Source of the DNA: Dehalococcoidia bacterium
Lineage (GTDB): Bacteria; Chloroflexota; Dehalococcoidia; UBA2979
DNA length: 64,000 nt
Direction of reading: 5' to 3'
NCBI GenBank assembly: GCA_963667465.2
Contig: CAXXDN010000002.1
Location: forward strand, 896,001 to 960,000
Shown here: one piece after another, positions 37,129-46,761 of the stretch
Numbering within the stretch: the stretch's first letter is position 1
How the letters are laid out: the number at the start of each line of letters is the position of its first letter
Translations under genes and position numbers: made by a program
The notes under the pieces: model-generated
Seen by the model: the letters and a program-made list of their open reading frames with translations, nothing else
Told to the model about the DNA's origin: nothing
The model's database searches: none

Positions 37129-37155
37129 GAACCGCCGGCTTCACGCCGGCGGTTC
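37129..37155 (+). terminator. GC-rich hairpin after the tRNA pair
   Basis: gaaccgccggc-ttcac-gccggcggttc; no U-tract. Confidence 0.55.
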
Positions 37156-37288
37156 CGCGTCCGGGGCCCCTGGCCGCTCTGGTGCTGTGCGGCCCCGTTC
37201 CTTGTAGGGCTTCGCGGCGCTCGATATAGTCCGCTCGGACCGCGAAGGTCCGTGCAACCCCGGCGTGTATCCCTGAAGGAGTCTGCCG

Positions 37289-38080
37289 ATGGCCGAGCTG
37301 AGACTGGAGATCGAGGACGGAATCGCCGTCGTCACGATGGACAACCCGCCTGTGAACGCGGCCTCCCAGGACTGGGACTTCCAGGGCGTATTCGACTCCT
37401 TCTATTACAACAAGGACGTGCGGGTGGCCGTGCTCACCGGCGAGGGCACGCGCTCGTTCTGCGCCGGGGCGGACGTCAAGCGCCGCGCCGCCGACGTCGG
37501 CGAGGCCCAGCAGTCCGGCGGCGCAGGCGGCGACACCGCATATATCGCCGGACAGCGGCGCGGCCGCGAGAACTTCAACTGCATCCTGGAGTCCGCCGTG
37601 CCGGTGATCGGCGCGATCAACGGCTACTGCCTCGGCGCGGGTATGGCCCTCGCGGGTTCCTGCGACTACCTGATCGCCTCGGAGACGGCGAGCTTCGGGC
37701 TGCCGGAAATCAACGTCGGCTTGCTCGGTGGGGCACGCCACATGATGCGCGCCTTCCCGCACCACATCGTGCGGCGAGCGCACTACAGCGGGGAGCGCAT
37801 CAGCGCGCAGGACGCCTACCACTTCGGCGCCGTCTGGAAGCTGGCCCCGCCCGAGCAACTGATGGACGTGGTGATGGAGGAGGCACGCTTGATCGCCTCC
37901 AAGATGCCGATCGGCATCCGCCTCGCCAAGGAAAACCTCAACGTGATCGAGACGATGGACGTGCGCAACGGCTACCGCTGGGAGCAGACGCGCACGCGCA
38001 TCCTGCAGGAATCCGAGGATGCCCTCGAGGCGAAGAAGGCCTTTGCCGAGAAGCGCCAGCCGATCTACCACGGCCGCTAG
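37289..38080 (+). CDS. Enoyl-CoA hydratase/isomerase (crotonase), EchA20-like subgroup
   Basis: DNPPVNA, FCAGAD, PVIGAINGYCLG, FGLPEINVG, YRWEQ. Confidence 0.9.
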   Translation: MAELRLEIEDGIAVVTMDNPPVNAASQDWDFQGVFDSFYYNKDVRVAVLTGEGTRSFCAGADVKRRAADVGEAQQSGGAGGDTAYIAGQRRGRENFNCILESAVPVIGAINGYCLGAGMALAGSCDYLIASETASFGLPEINVGLLGGARHMMRAFPHHIVRRAHYSGERISAQDAYHFGAVWKLAPPEQLMDVVMEEARLIASKMPIGIRLAKENLNVIETMDVRNGYRWEQTRTRILQESEDALEAKKAFAEKRQPIYHGR

Positions 38081-38094
38081 CGCGAACTGCAGCG

Positions 38095-38134
38095 GACGCA
38101 AACGGGGGCGGCTCGAGCCGCCCCCGTTTGCGTC
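38095..38134. terminator. 40-bp perfect palindrome between convergent genes (likely bidirectional terminator)
   Basis: gacgcaaacgggggcggctc|gagccgcccccgtttgcgtc. Confidence 0.75.
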
Positions 38135-38148
38135 TGCCCTCGAACCGC

Positions 38149-40371
38149 TCAGGCTGGCGTGCGCGACGGCCACCAGTTCCAGCGACCGAAGATCGCGACG
38201 AGCGCCGGGACGATCAGCGTGCGCGTGATGAAGGTGTCGATCAGCACGCCGACGCCGACCGCGAAACCGAGCTGCACGAGGTCCTCGAGCGGCAGCGTCA
38301 TCAGCGCCGAGAACGTTCCGGCGAGGATCAGGCCGGCTGAGGTGATCACAGGGCCGGTGCGCGCCAGCGCGTGCGCCGTCGCTTCCTTCAGCGGGGCGTG
38401 CCGGACCTCCTCACGGATCCGCGACATCAGGTAGATGTTGTAGTCGACGCTGAGCGCGTTCAGGAAGACGAAGAGGAAGAACGGCACGCCCGGCCCGATG
38501 CCGGCGTGGTCGAAGACGAGCAGGAAGACGATGACCGCGAGGCCGAGCGTCGCGAAGTAGGTGAAAGCGATCGTCGCCATCAGGTAGAGCGGCGCGATCA
38601 GCGAACGCAACAACAACGCCAGCACCACCCCGATCGCCAGCAGAATCAGCGGCAGCACGACCCGCGAGTCGCGGTTGCCGGCCGTCCGCGTGTCGGCCTC
38701 CGCGGCGGTGTCGCCGCCGACCAGCACGCCGCCCGGGTCGAGTCCCGCCGAGGCCGCGGCGTTTCGGGACAGCTCGCGCAGCTCGGGGACAACGTCGAGC
38801 GATGCGTCGGAGAAGGGGTTGTCCGTCAACACTACCTCGATACGCGCCGTGCCGCCGTCGGCGGAGACGAAGCGCGCGCGGGAGCCCTCGGGCCCGCCGG
38901 GAGGGCTGCCCGTGCCGAAGGGACGGCTCGGCCCGGAGGCGCTCGCGACCGCCGGGTGGCCGGCGAGGGCGAGCGTCAGCGCGTCGAGCTGCTCGAGCCG
39001 TTCAGGTTCGAGCACCTGCTCGCCCGGCGGGAGCGAGACGTAGACGCGCGTCGGGGCGAGCTCGCCGGCGGGGAAGGCCTCGCGCAGTAGCTCGAAGCTG
39101 CGCACGGACTCGGTGTTGCCCGGGAGGCTGGCGAGCTGGTCGTAGTTCGGCTGGAAGGCGAAGAGGCCAGCGATGAGCAGCGCCAGCGCCGCCGTCGTGG
39201 CTGCGAGGGAGGCGCGCGGCCAGCGGAGCACAACTCCACCAACGCGGCCGTAGATGCTGCGCCGCCAGTCCTGCGGCGCCTCCGCCTGCGCGGCCGCCTC
39301 GGGGTCCAGTCGAGGCTGCATCGGCCAGAAGACGCGCCGCCCGACGATCGTCAGCACCGCCGGGATCAACGTGAGCGCGGCCAGCATCATCAGCCCCACC
39401 GCGATCGCGATCACGGGACCGAGCGACTGGTACGAGCGCAGGATCGCGAACGTGAGCGCCGCCGAGGCGATCAGGATCGTCGCCCCTGCCGAGGCGACGG
39501 CCCCGCCCACGCCGCGCATCGTGCGGCGCATCGCCTCGTGCGTGTCGGCGTTGCGGGTCAGCTCCTCGCGGAAGCGGGCGGAGACGAAGAGCACGTAGTC
39601 GGTGCCGGTCCCAAAGAGCACGACGGTCATGATGCCCGTCGTCTGGCCGGAGATCGGCAGGTCGAACAGCTTGGCGACGCCCGCGCCGACCGCGCCGGCG
39701 AGCTGGAAGACAAGGCCGACCCCCAGCAGCGGGATCACCGCCATGATCGGCGAACGGTAGATGAGCACCAGCAACACGAGCACCAGCGAGGCGGTGACGA
39801 TCAGCAGGAACGAGTCGATATTCGCGAAGACCTGCACGAGGTCGACGATCAGCCCGCCGGGCCCGCCCACGGCGACCTCGACGCCGGGTAGCTCGAGCGC
39901 CGCGGACCGGTCGCGAATCGCCGTCACGGTGTCGCGGAACGCGCCCTCAGCGGGCTCCCCCGCCAGCTCGGCGAAGACGTAGAGCGTGGTGCCGTCGGCC
40001 GAGACGAGGCCGGACGCGGCGCCCTCGCCGGGCGCGGGGGCGCGGACCGCGATGACGTTGCCGGGAGCGTCAGACCCCGTCAGCCACGCTTCGAGATCGG
40101 CGACGGCCGCCCACGTCGGATCGCTGAGTCCGGTCGCCTCACGAACGACGATGAGCGTGGGCGTGCCCGCCGAGGGGAAACGCTCTCGCGCCAGTTCGAA
40201 GGCGCGGGTGGCCTCGGCGTCCTCGGGAAGGAAGAGCGCCGCCTCGTTCTCCGTCACCTCGTCGAGGCGCGGCAGCTGCGAGATCAGGGCGCCCGCGAGC
40301 AGGATCCAGACGAGCAGCGTGATCCACTTGCCGCGACGGCTGCTCGCGAAGTCGGTAGCGTGCCCCAGCAC
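38149..40371 (-). CDS. MMPL-family transporter
   Basis: VLFGTGTDYVLF...RFREEL, ALSVDYNIYLMSRIREE, TGPVITSAGLILAGTF, DTFITRTLIVPA. Confidence 0.94.
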   Translation of the reverse strand: MLGHATDFASSRRGKWITLLVWILLAGALISQLPRLDEVTENEAALFLPEDAEATRAFELARERFPSAGTPTLIVVREATGLSDPTWAAVADLEAWLTGSDAPGNVIAVRAPAPGEGAASGLVSADGTTLYVFAELAGEPAEGAFRDTVTAIRDRSAALELPGVEVAVGGPGGLIVDLVQVFANIDSFLLIVTASLVLVLLVLIYRSPIMAVIPLLGVGLVFQLAGAVGAGVAKLFDLPISGQTTGIMTVVLFGTGTDYVLFVSARFREELTRNADTHEAMRRTMRGVGGAVASAGATILIASAALTFAILRSYQSLGPVIAIAVGLMMLAALTLIPAVLTIVGRRVFWPMQPRLDPEAAAQAEAPQDWRRSIYGRVGGVVLRWPRASLAATTAALALLIAGLFAFQPNYDQLASLPGNTESVRSFELLREAFPAGELAPTRVYVSLPPGEQVLEPERLEQLDALTLALAGHPAVASASGPSRPFGTGSPPGGPEGSRARFVSADGGTARIEVVLTDNPFSDASLDVVPELRELSRNAAASAGLDPGGVLVGGDTAAEADTRTAGNRDSRVVLPLILLAIGVVLALLLRSLIAPLYLMATIAFTYFATLGLAVIVFLLVFDHAGIGPGVPFFLFVFLNALSVDYNIYLMSRIREEVRHAPLKEATAHALARTGPVITSAGLILAGTFSALMTLPLEDLVQLGFAVGVGVLIDTFITRTLIVPALVAIFGRWNWWPSRTPA

Positions 40372-40537
40372 GAGCTAGCGGCTCCCGATTGGATCGCGCG
40401 CCGGGAACCTCGATGAGCCGGGCGGCATCCTGTCCACAGGGGGGCTCCTTGACACATCCGTAGGGTGCCAGCGGCCGCGGATCGAGGCTACAGCCGGGCC
40501 CGGCTGTGGGGAAGCGACGCGGTTGCCGGCCCCTGCG

Positions 40538-41728
40538 CTATTGCTGCGAGGGCGTGGCGGGGCGGCGGCGGGAGCGGGCGGGCGCCTCCATGCCGGCGTC
40601 CTCGAAGGCCTTGCGCTGGGCCGCCGCCTGCGGGGCGAACAGCTCGCGCATGTTGTCCTGCGCCCACGAGAGTGAGCCCTCGAGCGAGTCGATCTGGCCC
40701 TGGAAGCGCGGCATCACGTAGCGCGCGAAGAGCTCGAAGCTGCGCTGCGTCTGCTCCGTCGTCGCGAACTCCCGCATCGAGCAGAGCAGCGCGCCAAAAC
40801 CGCCCGAGAGCTCGAGCAGCCGCTCGATGCCCTCGATCGCGTCGTCGGGCGTGCCGACGATCGCGCCGCCACGCTCGACCATCGCCTCGATCGTGTCCTC
40901 GCCCTCGGCGAAGCGGATGCCGAGCGCGCCGGTGTAGCCCTGGTTGTAGGCGATGCAGGCCTCGGCGGTCTGCGCCATCGCCTCCTCCTTCGAGTCGGCG
41001 AGATGGAAGTACATGGTCACGCGCCAGTCGTCGCGGCTGATCTCCGTGCCGTGTTCCGCGGCGGCCTCCTGGGCCCACTCCCACGCTCCCTGCAGCGAGC
41101 CGATGCCGCCCGGCGCCGCCGTGGCCACCGAGAGCATCCCGATGCCGAAGCGCCCCGCCGTCTGCGGCCCCGAGGGTGAGAGGCTGTGCGCGACCGAGAC
41201 CGGGAGGTGGTCCTCGCGGTACGGCGCGAGCTGCAGGTGCGCGTCGCGCAGGTTGAACCAGTCCGTCTCCATCGTGACGTGCTCGCCGCGCAACAGCCGC
41301 AGGATCGCGTCCAGCGACTCCACCATGCGCGCCCGCTGCGTCGAGGGGTCGATGCCCATCATGTAGGCGTCCGAGGCGAGCGCACCCGGCCCCACGCCGA
41401 ACAGCGCGCGCCCTCGGGTGAGGTGGTCGAGGAACATCATCCGGTCGGCGACCATCAGCGGGTTGTGGTACGGGAGGCTGACGACGCCGGTGCCAAGCTT
41501 GATCTGCTTCGTGCGCGCGGCCATGTGCGCGGCGAAGAGCGCCGGGTCCGGGATGAACTCCCAGCCCACGCTGTGGTGCTCGCCGATCCAGGCCTCGTCG
41601 TAGCCGAGGCGGTCGAGCTCCTCGATCAGCGCTGCGTCGCGCTCGAGAGCGAGCGTGGGGTTCTCGCCGGGCTCGTGGAACGGCGCGAGGAAGATGCCGA
41701 ACTTCATCCGGCGCGGTCGGTAACCCAT
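40538..41728 (-). CDS. LLM-class flavin-dependent monooxygenase
   Basis: MKFGIFLAPFH, GYDEAWIGEHHS, GTGVVSLPYHNP, GVGPGALASDA. Confidence 0.93.
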   Translation of the reverse strand: MGYRPRRMKFGIFLAPFHEPGENPTLALERDAALIEELDRLGYDEAWIGEHHSVGWEFIPDPALFAAHMAARTKQIKLGTGVVSLPYHNPLMVADRMMFLDHLTRGRALFGVGPGALASDAYMMGIDPSTQRARMVESLDAILRLLRGEHVTMETDWFNLRDAHLQLAPYREDHLPVSVAHSLSPSGPQTAGRFGIGMLSVATAAPGGIGSLQGAWEWAQEAAAEHGTEISRDDWRVTMYFHLADSKEEAMAQTAEACIAYNQGYTGALGIRFAEGEDTIEAMVERGGAIVGTPDDAIEGIERLLELSGGFGALLCSMREFATTEQTQRSFELFARYVMPRFQGQIDSLEGSLSWAQDNMRELFAPQAAAQRKAFEDAGMEAPARSRRRPATPSQQ

Positions 41729-41761
41729 CCTGCCGTCCCTCCAGGCCGTCGCCCGCAGCCG

Positions 41762-42208
41762 CTACTGGCGGTCCATGCGCAGCACGCGCCGCGAGAGGCG
41801 CCAGCCCTCTGCCGTGCGGCGCCACTCGTCCGTGTAGACACCCGAGATCTGCGGGATCGCCGTAGACCGGCCGCCGCTGACCCGCGTCTCGAAGAGCATC
41901 GCGCGCGTCTGTGCCGTGTCGCCATCGAGGGCGTCGAAGACCACACCGCCGGGCGCGTGGCGGGTGCGCTCGCGCGGGTCAGGAGCGCGCATGCCCTCGA
42001 TCTGCCCGCTGTGCGAGCGCCTCGCCCAGCGCTCGATGGCTTCGCGGCCCCGCTCGCTGATAGCGGGCGCATCGTGGCCGCGGGTGTATACCTCGAACTC
42101 GGCGTGCTCGGCAAAGCAGTCGGCGTAGGCGGCCGCGTCCTTCGCGTCCCACGCGTAGGCGTAGCGCGCGACCAGCTCCATGATCTCCAGGCGATCGTCC
42201 GCGCTCAT
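41762..42208 (-). CDS. SnoaL-like/NTF2-fold protein
   Basis: MSADDRLEIMELVARYAYAWD, GVYTDEWRRTAEGWRLSRR. Confidence 0.88.
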   Translation of the reverse strand: MSADDRLEIMELVARYAYAWDAKDAAAYADCFAEHAEFEVYTRGHDAPAISERGREAIERWARRSHSGQIEGMRAPDPRERTRHAPGGVVFDALDGDTAQTRAMLFETRVSGGRSTAIPQISGVYTDEWRRTAEGWRLSRRVLRMDRQ

Positions 42209-42348
42209 GACGCCTCCTCTCGGGCGTTGCCTCGCGGCGAGGATACCCCGCCGGCACGGAAACCGGATCGCCCGGCCGCTGCACCCGGCGCCTCGCCCGA
42301 TGGTAGGATCGAGGTGACACGCCCGCCTCGGCGGGCGTCTCGCGGCGG

Positions 42349-42422
<74 letters not shown>

Positions 42423-42425
42423 GCA

Positions 42426-42854
42426 CTACCCCCGCGCCGGCGGCTCGACGCCGAGCTGCTCCCACAGCGCCTCGCGGTCAAAGAAGAACCAGCCCTCGGC
42501 GATACGACCGCCCTCGATGCGGACGATCGCCATGCCCATCACCTCGACCCGATTGCCCGTCGCCTCGACGCCGCGAAACGGGCCGAGGTGCGTGCCGCGC
42601 AACGTCAGGCGAAGGCCGACGCGATCGCCCTCGGCCACGAGGTCATCGGGCGCCTCGACGAGGTCGGGGAAGGCGCGGCGCACGTTCGTGACGAGCTGGC
42701 GCACACCGCTCGGTCCCGGCGTCTGGCCCGGGTGGGCGTGCCTGTTGACGTACTCGGGCGCGAAGATCTCATCGACGAGATCGACGTTGCCCTTGTTCAT
42801 CACCTCTTCAAAGAAGCGCCGCACAAGCGCCTTGTTTGCCTCTGTGTTGCTCAT
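42426..42854 (-). CDS. SnoaL-like ester cyclase
   Basis: EANKALVRRFFEEV, AFPDL, VAEGDRV, GTHLGPFRGVEATG. Confidence 0.9.
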   Translation of the reverse strand: MSNTEANKALVRRFFEEVMNKGNVDLVDEIFAPEYVNRHAHPGQTPGPSGVRQLVTNVRRAFPDLVEAPDDLVAEGDRVGLRLTLRGTHLGPFRGVEATGNRVEVMGMAIVRIEGGRIAEGWFFFDREALWEQLGVEPPARG

Positions 42855-42914
42855 CGGCAGCCTCCCGTTGGCAGCCAGCGTATCGCGGGCTGCCGACTGC
42901 GGCCGGAGTACGGA

Positions 42915-43313
42915 CTACAGCCTCGAGGAGCCCGGTAGCCTGGCCATTTTGCGATCCAGCGTCAGCACCTCCAGTCCTGCCCTCACGTAGTCGCCGGCAA
43001 TGAGGCGGTCCATGAGGCCAGGACCACCAGACGCCTCAAGGGCATCGAGAACGGACCGCCCCTGCTGGGGGGTCACCAATCCACTCTGCAGTGTCGCCAG
43101 GAGAGCGGCTCGGACTTGATCTCCGGACAGTCCGTAATGGTGTCGTGTTGTGATGTATGCCTCGCCCACTACCTGATTGGAGGCGAAGAGCTCTGCGCCA
43201 TCTTCTTCGATGAGTGTCCGCAGTTGTTCCACGCAGCGGGCGAAGGCATCAGCAGGCTGGCCGGTGATTAACCGCACCAGCACCGAGGTGTCAATCCCGT
43301 AGCGACGGGTCAT
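42915..43313 (-). CDS. vapC: VapC PIN-domain toxin
   Basis: GIDTSVLVRL, VVGEAY, GLMDRLI, LTLDRK (four PIN acidic residues). Confidence 0.9.
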   Translation of the reverse strand: MTRRYGIDTSVLVRLITGQPADAFARCVEQLRTLIEEDGAELFASNQVVGEAYITTRHHYGLSGDQVRAALLATLQSGLVTPQQGRSVLDALEASGGPGLMDRLIAGDYVRAGLEVLTLDRKMARLPGSSRL

Positions 43314-43533
43314 AGGGCTGATTTCGGACCTGCTCGAGATCGAACGGCTCGTGACCGGGGCCGATCAAGTCTCGGAGTGTCCCGAGTTTCGACACGTCGA
43401 CGCGCCGGGGGTGGATCGAGAAGCCGTCCGGGCCTTCCCTGATCTCCAGCCGATCACCGGGTTTCACTCCCAGCGCATCCAGCACACGAGCAGGAAAGGT
43501 GACTTGGCGCTTTGAAGTGACTCGCACCAGCAT
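43291..43533 (-). CDS. vapB: AbrB/MazE-type antitoxin
   Basis: MLVRVTSKRQVTFPARVLDALGVKPGDRLEI; overlaps vapC; AAGGAG RBS. Confidence 0.9.
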   Translation of the reverse strand: MLVRVTSKRQVTFPARVLDALGVKPGDRLEIREGPDGFSIHPRRVDVSKLGTLRDLIGPGHEPFDLEQVRNQPYDPSLRD

Positions 43534-43542
43534 TGCGATACT

Positions 43543-43569
43543 CCTTACCGCAAGACTACATCGGTAAGG
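43543..43569. promoter_or_regulatory. Inverted-repeat operator of vapBC
   Basis: CCTTACCG-N11-CGGTAAGG straddling a minus-strand TAGTCT -10 and the RBS. Confidence 0.65.
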
Positions 43570-43616
43570 GCTGCATGGCAAAAATCAGCAGGGCCTCTAA
43601 TCGCTCGCTCAGCCGC

Positions 43617-44300
43617 CTACACCGGCATCGGACGCAGCGAGGGCGACACGGCGAGCGGGGCGGCCGTCACCGCCTGGATGTCCCCGACGCTGTAGCCCGG
43701 TGCATGCTCCAGCAGCTTGAAGCCGTCGTCGCCAACCTCGATCACTGCGAGGTCCGTCACCACCAGCGAGGCGGGGCGGCCGCCGGTGACCGGCAGTGTG
43801 CAGCGCTCGACGAGCCGCGGCGCGCCCTCGGGCGTGGTGTGGAACATCGTCAGCCACACGCGCTTCGCGCCCTGCGTCAGGTCCATCGCGCCGCCGATGC
43901 CACCGAGGTCGGCGCGGCCGTCGGCGTGCGGCGTCCAGTTTGCGAACGAGCCGTCCGTCGCGACCTCGTAGGCGCCGAGCACGGAGCAGTCGACTCGCCC
44001 GCTGCGGATCAGGCCGAAGGCGTCGGCGTGGTGGACGATCGCCGCGCCCGGCTGCAGCACCACGTACTGCATCCCCGGCGAGACGGTGTCGAGGTCCTCG
44101 TGGCCGTGCGGAGCGTGCCAGCCGTAGCCGATCAGCCCGTTCTCCGAGGACAGCACGATCCCGGCGTCCAGGTCGATGAAGTCGCAGGCGAGCACAGGGA
44201 TGCCGACGCCGAGGTTCACGATCCAGTCGCGCTCGAGGCGTCCCGCAAGCACGGCGGCGATCTGCTCGCGGTTGAGCGGTTCGCGCGCCTCGCCGCTCAC
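43617..44300 (-). CDS. Family I 3-oxoacid CoA-transferase, subunit B
   Basis: VNLGVGIP, SENG (catalytic Glu), GGAMDL, CTLPVTG, VTDLAVI. Confidence 0.93.
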   Translation of the reverse strand: MSGEAREPLNREQIAAVLAGRLERDWIVNLGVGIPVLACDFIDLDAGIVLSSENGLIGYGWHAPHGHEDLDTVSPGMQYVVLQPGAAIVHHADAFGLIRSGRVDCSVLGAYEVATDGSFANWTPHADGRADLGGIGGAMDLTQGAKRVWLTMFHTTPEGAPRLVERCTLPVTGGRPASLVVTDLAVIEVGDDGFKLLEHAPGYSVGDIQAVTAAPLAVSPSLRPMPV

Positions 44301-45076
44301 GAGGCGTCTCCCGTGTCACCGTCCGCGTCGAGGTCGAGCTCGCGCCCGCTGCGCCGCGTGCGCCGCGGGGCCTCGATGCGGCCCTCGGCGATATGCACGA
44401 GGCGAGCGACGTAGACGCCGGGCGTATGCACCTGGTCGGGGTCGAAGGAGCCCGCCGGCAGGATCGGATCGTCGATCTCGGCGACCGTGCAGCGCCCGGC
44501 CGTGGCCATGATCGGGTTGAAGTTGCGCGCGGCGCGGCGGTAGACGAGGTTGCCCGCCTCGTCGGCGCGCTGCGCGCGCACGAAGGCGTAGTCTGCCGTG
44601 ATGCCACGCTCGAGGACGTAGGTACGCCCATCGAAGGTGCGCTGCTCGCGATTCTCGGCGTAGATGCTGCCGACTCCGGCCGGGGTGTAGAAGGCGGGGA
44701 TGCCCGCGCCGCCGGCGCGGATGCGTTCGGCGACCGTACCCTGCGGGGCCAACTCGGCCTCCGCCCCGCCCGCCCGAAAGACATCCTCCGCAGCGTTTGG
44801 CTGCGAGGGGTGCGGAGCGGCGGTGAACGAGGCGATCACCTTCCTCACGCGACCCGCGAGCACGAGGTCCGCGATCGTCACGCGCCCGTCTACGTCGAGC
44901 AGCGGACGATTCACCGTCGTGGAGATCATGACGAGGTCCGTGGCGCCCTGCTCCCAGAGCGCCATCATCAGGTTCCAGGGCACGCCCGCGTGGAAGCCGG
45001 CGACGAGGATCGATGAGCCATCCGGGATGTCGGCGACGGCGGCCGTAGCCGAGTCGTAGCGCGCGGGTCGCGGCAC
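44297..45076 (-). CDS. Family I 3-oxoacid CoA-transferase, subunit A
   Basis: PQGTVAERIRAGGAGIPAFYTPAG, ARNFNP, VHTPGVYV. Confidence 0.93.
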   Translation of the reverse strand: MPRPARYDSATAAVADIPDGSSILVAGFHAGVPWNLMMALWEQGATDLVMISTTVNRPLLDVDGRVTIADLVLAGRVRKVIASFTAAPHPSQPNAAEDVFRAGGAEAELAPQGTVAERIRAGGAGIPAFYTPAGVGSIYAENREQRTFDGRTYVLERGITADYAFVRAQRADEAGNLVYRRAARNFNPIMATAGRCTVAEIDDPILPAGSFDPDQVHTPGVYVARLVHIAEGRIEAPRRTRRSGRELDLDADGDTGDAS

Positions 45077-45083
45077 TTCGTCG

Positions 45084-46538
45084 CTAGCCGATCTCCGCCA
45101 TGGCGGTCTCGAGGATGGCCCCGCTGCCGACGAGTTGTGTGAACGACGCAGGCGTGACGCCCTCGCCGAGTGTCGCGGCCGCCTCGATCACCTGCGACTG
45201 GCCCGAGGGCGTCACGGTGCCCGCAGTCAGGTCGCGGAACTTGGCCTGGAGTTCGGACAGGCTCAGCGGGTTTTCGGGATCACCCTTCGGGTAGTCGACG
45301 CGGCGCGAGACGCTGCCGCCCTCGCGGAACTCGATCACGACCTCGGCCGGCCAGCGCTCCGGGAACATCGCGTCGAGGTCGTCCGAGCGGTAGCACTCGA
45401 CACGGTCCATCAGCGCCGCGATCTCGGGCGAGGCGATCATCGCCGGGGTGTACTGGCTCGTCCCCGCCGAGCGGTGCAGTGCCGCGACGGCGGCCCCGAA
45501 GGGCATCGAGAACTGTGCATCGACGATCGAGACGGGGCGACGCTTGTCCGCCTCGGGAGCCGCAATGATGTTCCAGCCGGCCTCCAGCACGCCGACGCAG
45601 ATGCGCGCGACCTGGTCCGGTGCGATGTCGTGCGTTGCGACCAGGTCGAGGACGGCGTCGATCGGTGCCTGCTTGTAACGGCAACAGGCGTGCGCCTTGA
45701 TGCTCGTGCGGTCGATCGCCAGCGGCGAGGAGCCGAGTCCGGCAGTCAGCCGCTCCGCCGCGTCGGCTCCGGCAGGAGTGTCGCTGTAGGAGTGCAGGTA
45801 GCCGTCGGGGCCGCAGATCGGGTCGCGAGGGCCCGCAAAGCCCTCTGCGGCGAGGCGCGCGGCAAGCAACCCGCCGTGCGCCGCCCAGCCAGGGTGCAGC
45901 CGCTTCGTCCACGCGCCGTCGACGAGGAACGCCATCGAGCCGGCCGCGAGGCTGAGCGAGATCCCGAGCGCCGAGCGCATCGCGGCGGCATCGAGGCCCA
46001 GCAGCCGGGAGGCGGCGGCCGCCGCGCCGAAGACGCCTGTCGTGCCGGTGGGGTGGAAGCCGCGGTCGTACTGGCCCTGCACGGTCGCGGTCATGCCGAT
46101 ACGCGCCATCACCTCGTAACCCACGACGCTGGCGGCGACGACATCCTCGAAGCTGGCGCCCTTCGCGGTCGCGAGCGCGAGCACGGCGGGGAAGACCGCC
46201 GAGCCGGGGTGCGAGGACGAGGCCTGGTGTGTGTCGTCACTCTCGAGGGCGTGTGCGCTGACGCCCGCGACGAACGCCGCGTACTCCTCGAGCAGCGAGT
46301 GGCCGCCGGGTGCGGGCACGTCGCCGGTGCGACCTGCGGCGTAGCGCCGCACGATGCGCGACGACTCGGCAGCGAGGCCGCCGAGGGCGTTCGCGGCATG
46401 GTCGAGCAGCAAATAGCGGACTTGCGCCGCAGCCTCGCCGGTCTCGTCCGGGCGGTAACCGACCGCCCAGCCGAGCAGGCCGTCGATGCCGGGCGCGACA
46501 GCGGGCGACTCCGTGGAGCGAGGCGCGGTCGTCGTCAT
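45084..46538 (-). CDS. MmgE/PrpD-family protein
   Basis: HALESDDTH...SHP, VGYEV, GFHPTGT, KRLHPG, IKAHACC, AQFSMPF, PKGDPENP; start may instead be 46583. Confidence 0.92.
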   Translation of the reverse strand: MTTTAPRSTESPAVAPGIDGLLGWAVGYRPDETGEAAAQVRYLLLDHAANALGGLAAESSRIVRRYAAGRTGDVPAPGGHSLLEEYAAFVAGVSAHALESDDTHQASSSHPGSAVFPAVLALATAKGASFEDVVAASVVGYEVMARIGMTATVQGQYDRGFHPTGTTGVFGAAAAASRLLGLDAAAMRSALGISLSLAAGSMAFLVDGAWTKRLHPGWAAHGGLLAARLAAEGFAGPRDPICGPDGYLHSYSDTPAGADAAERLTAGLGSSPLAIDRTSIKAHACCRYKQAPIDAVLDLVATHDIAPDQVARICVGVLEAGWNIIAAPEADKRRPVSIVDAQFSMPFGAAVAALHRSAGTSQYTPAMIASPEIAALMDRVECYRSDDLDAMFPERWPAEVVIEFREGGSVSRRVDYPKGDPENPLSLSELQAKFRDLTAGTVTPSGQSQVIEAAATLGEGVTPASFTQLVGSGAILETAMAEIG

Positions 46539-46761
46539 TGGCAGCTCCGGCTCATGTTCGGGCGATGGGCTTCGCCGGCTCATGCTCGGCAGCGCGCGAA
46601 GCGGCTGTCAAGCCTCGGCGCCACCGGTGGAGGATACGATGGAGGCGCTCCCCCGCCGCGGAGCGCCTCCTCGTAGTGCGCCCGAAGAACGTTGGGCGCG
46701 GATCCAGTGTATGCACATCGGACGTGATTCGTGCCAGTCCGGTCCCGCCGACCCTCCGGAG

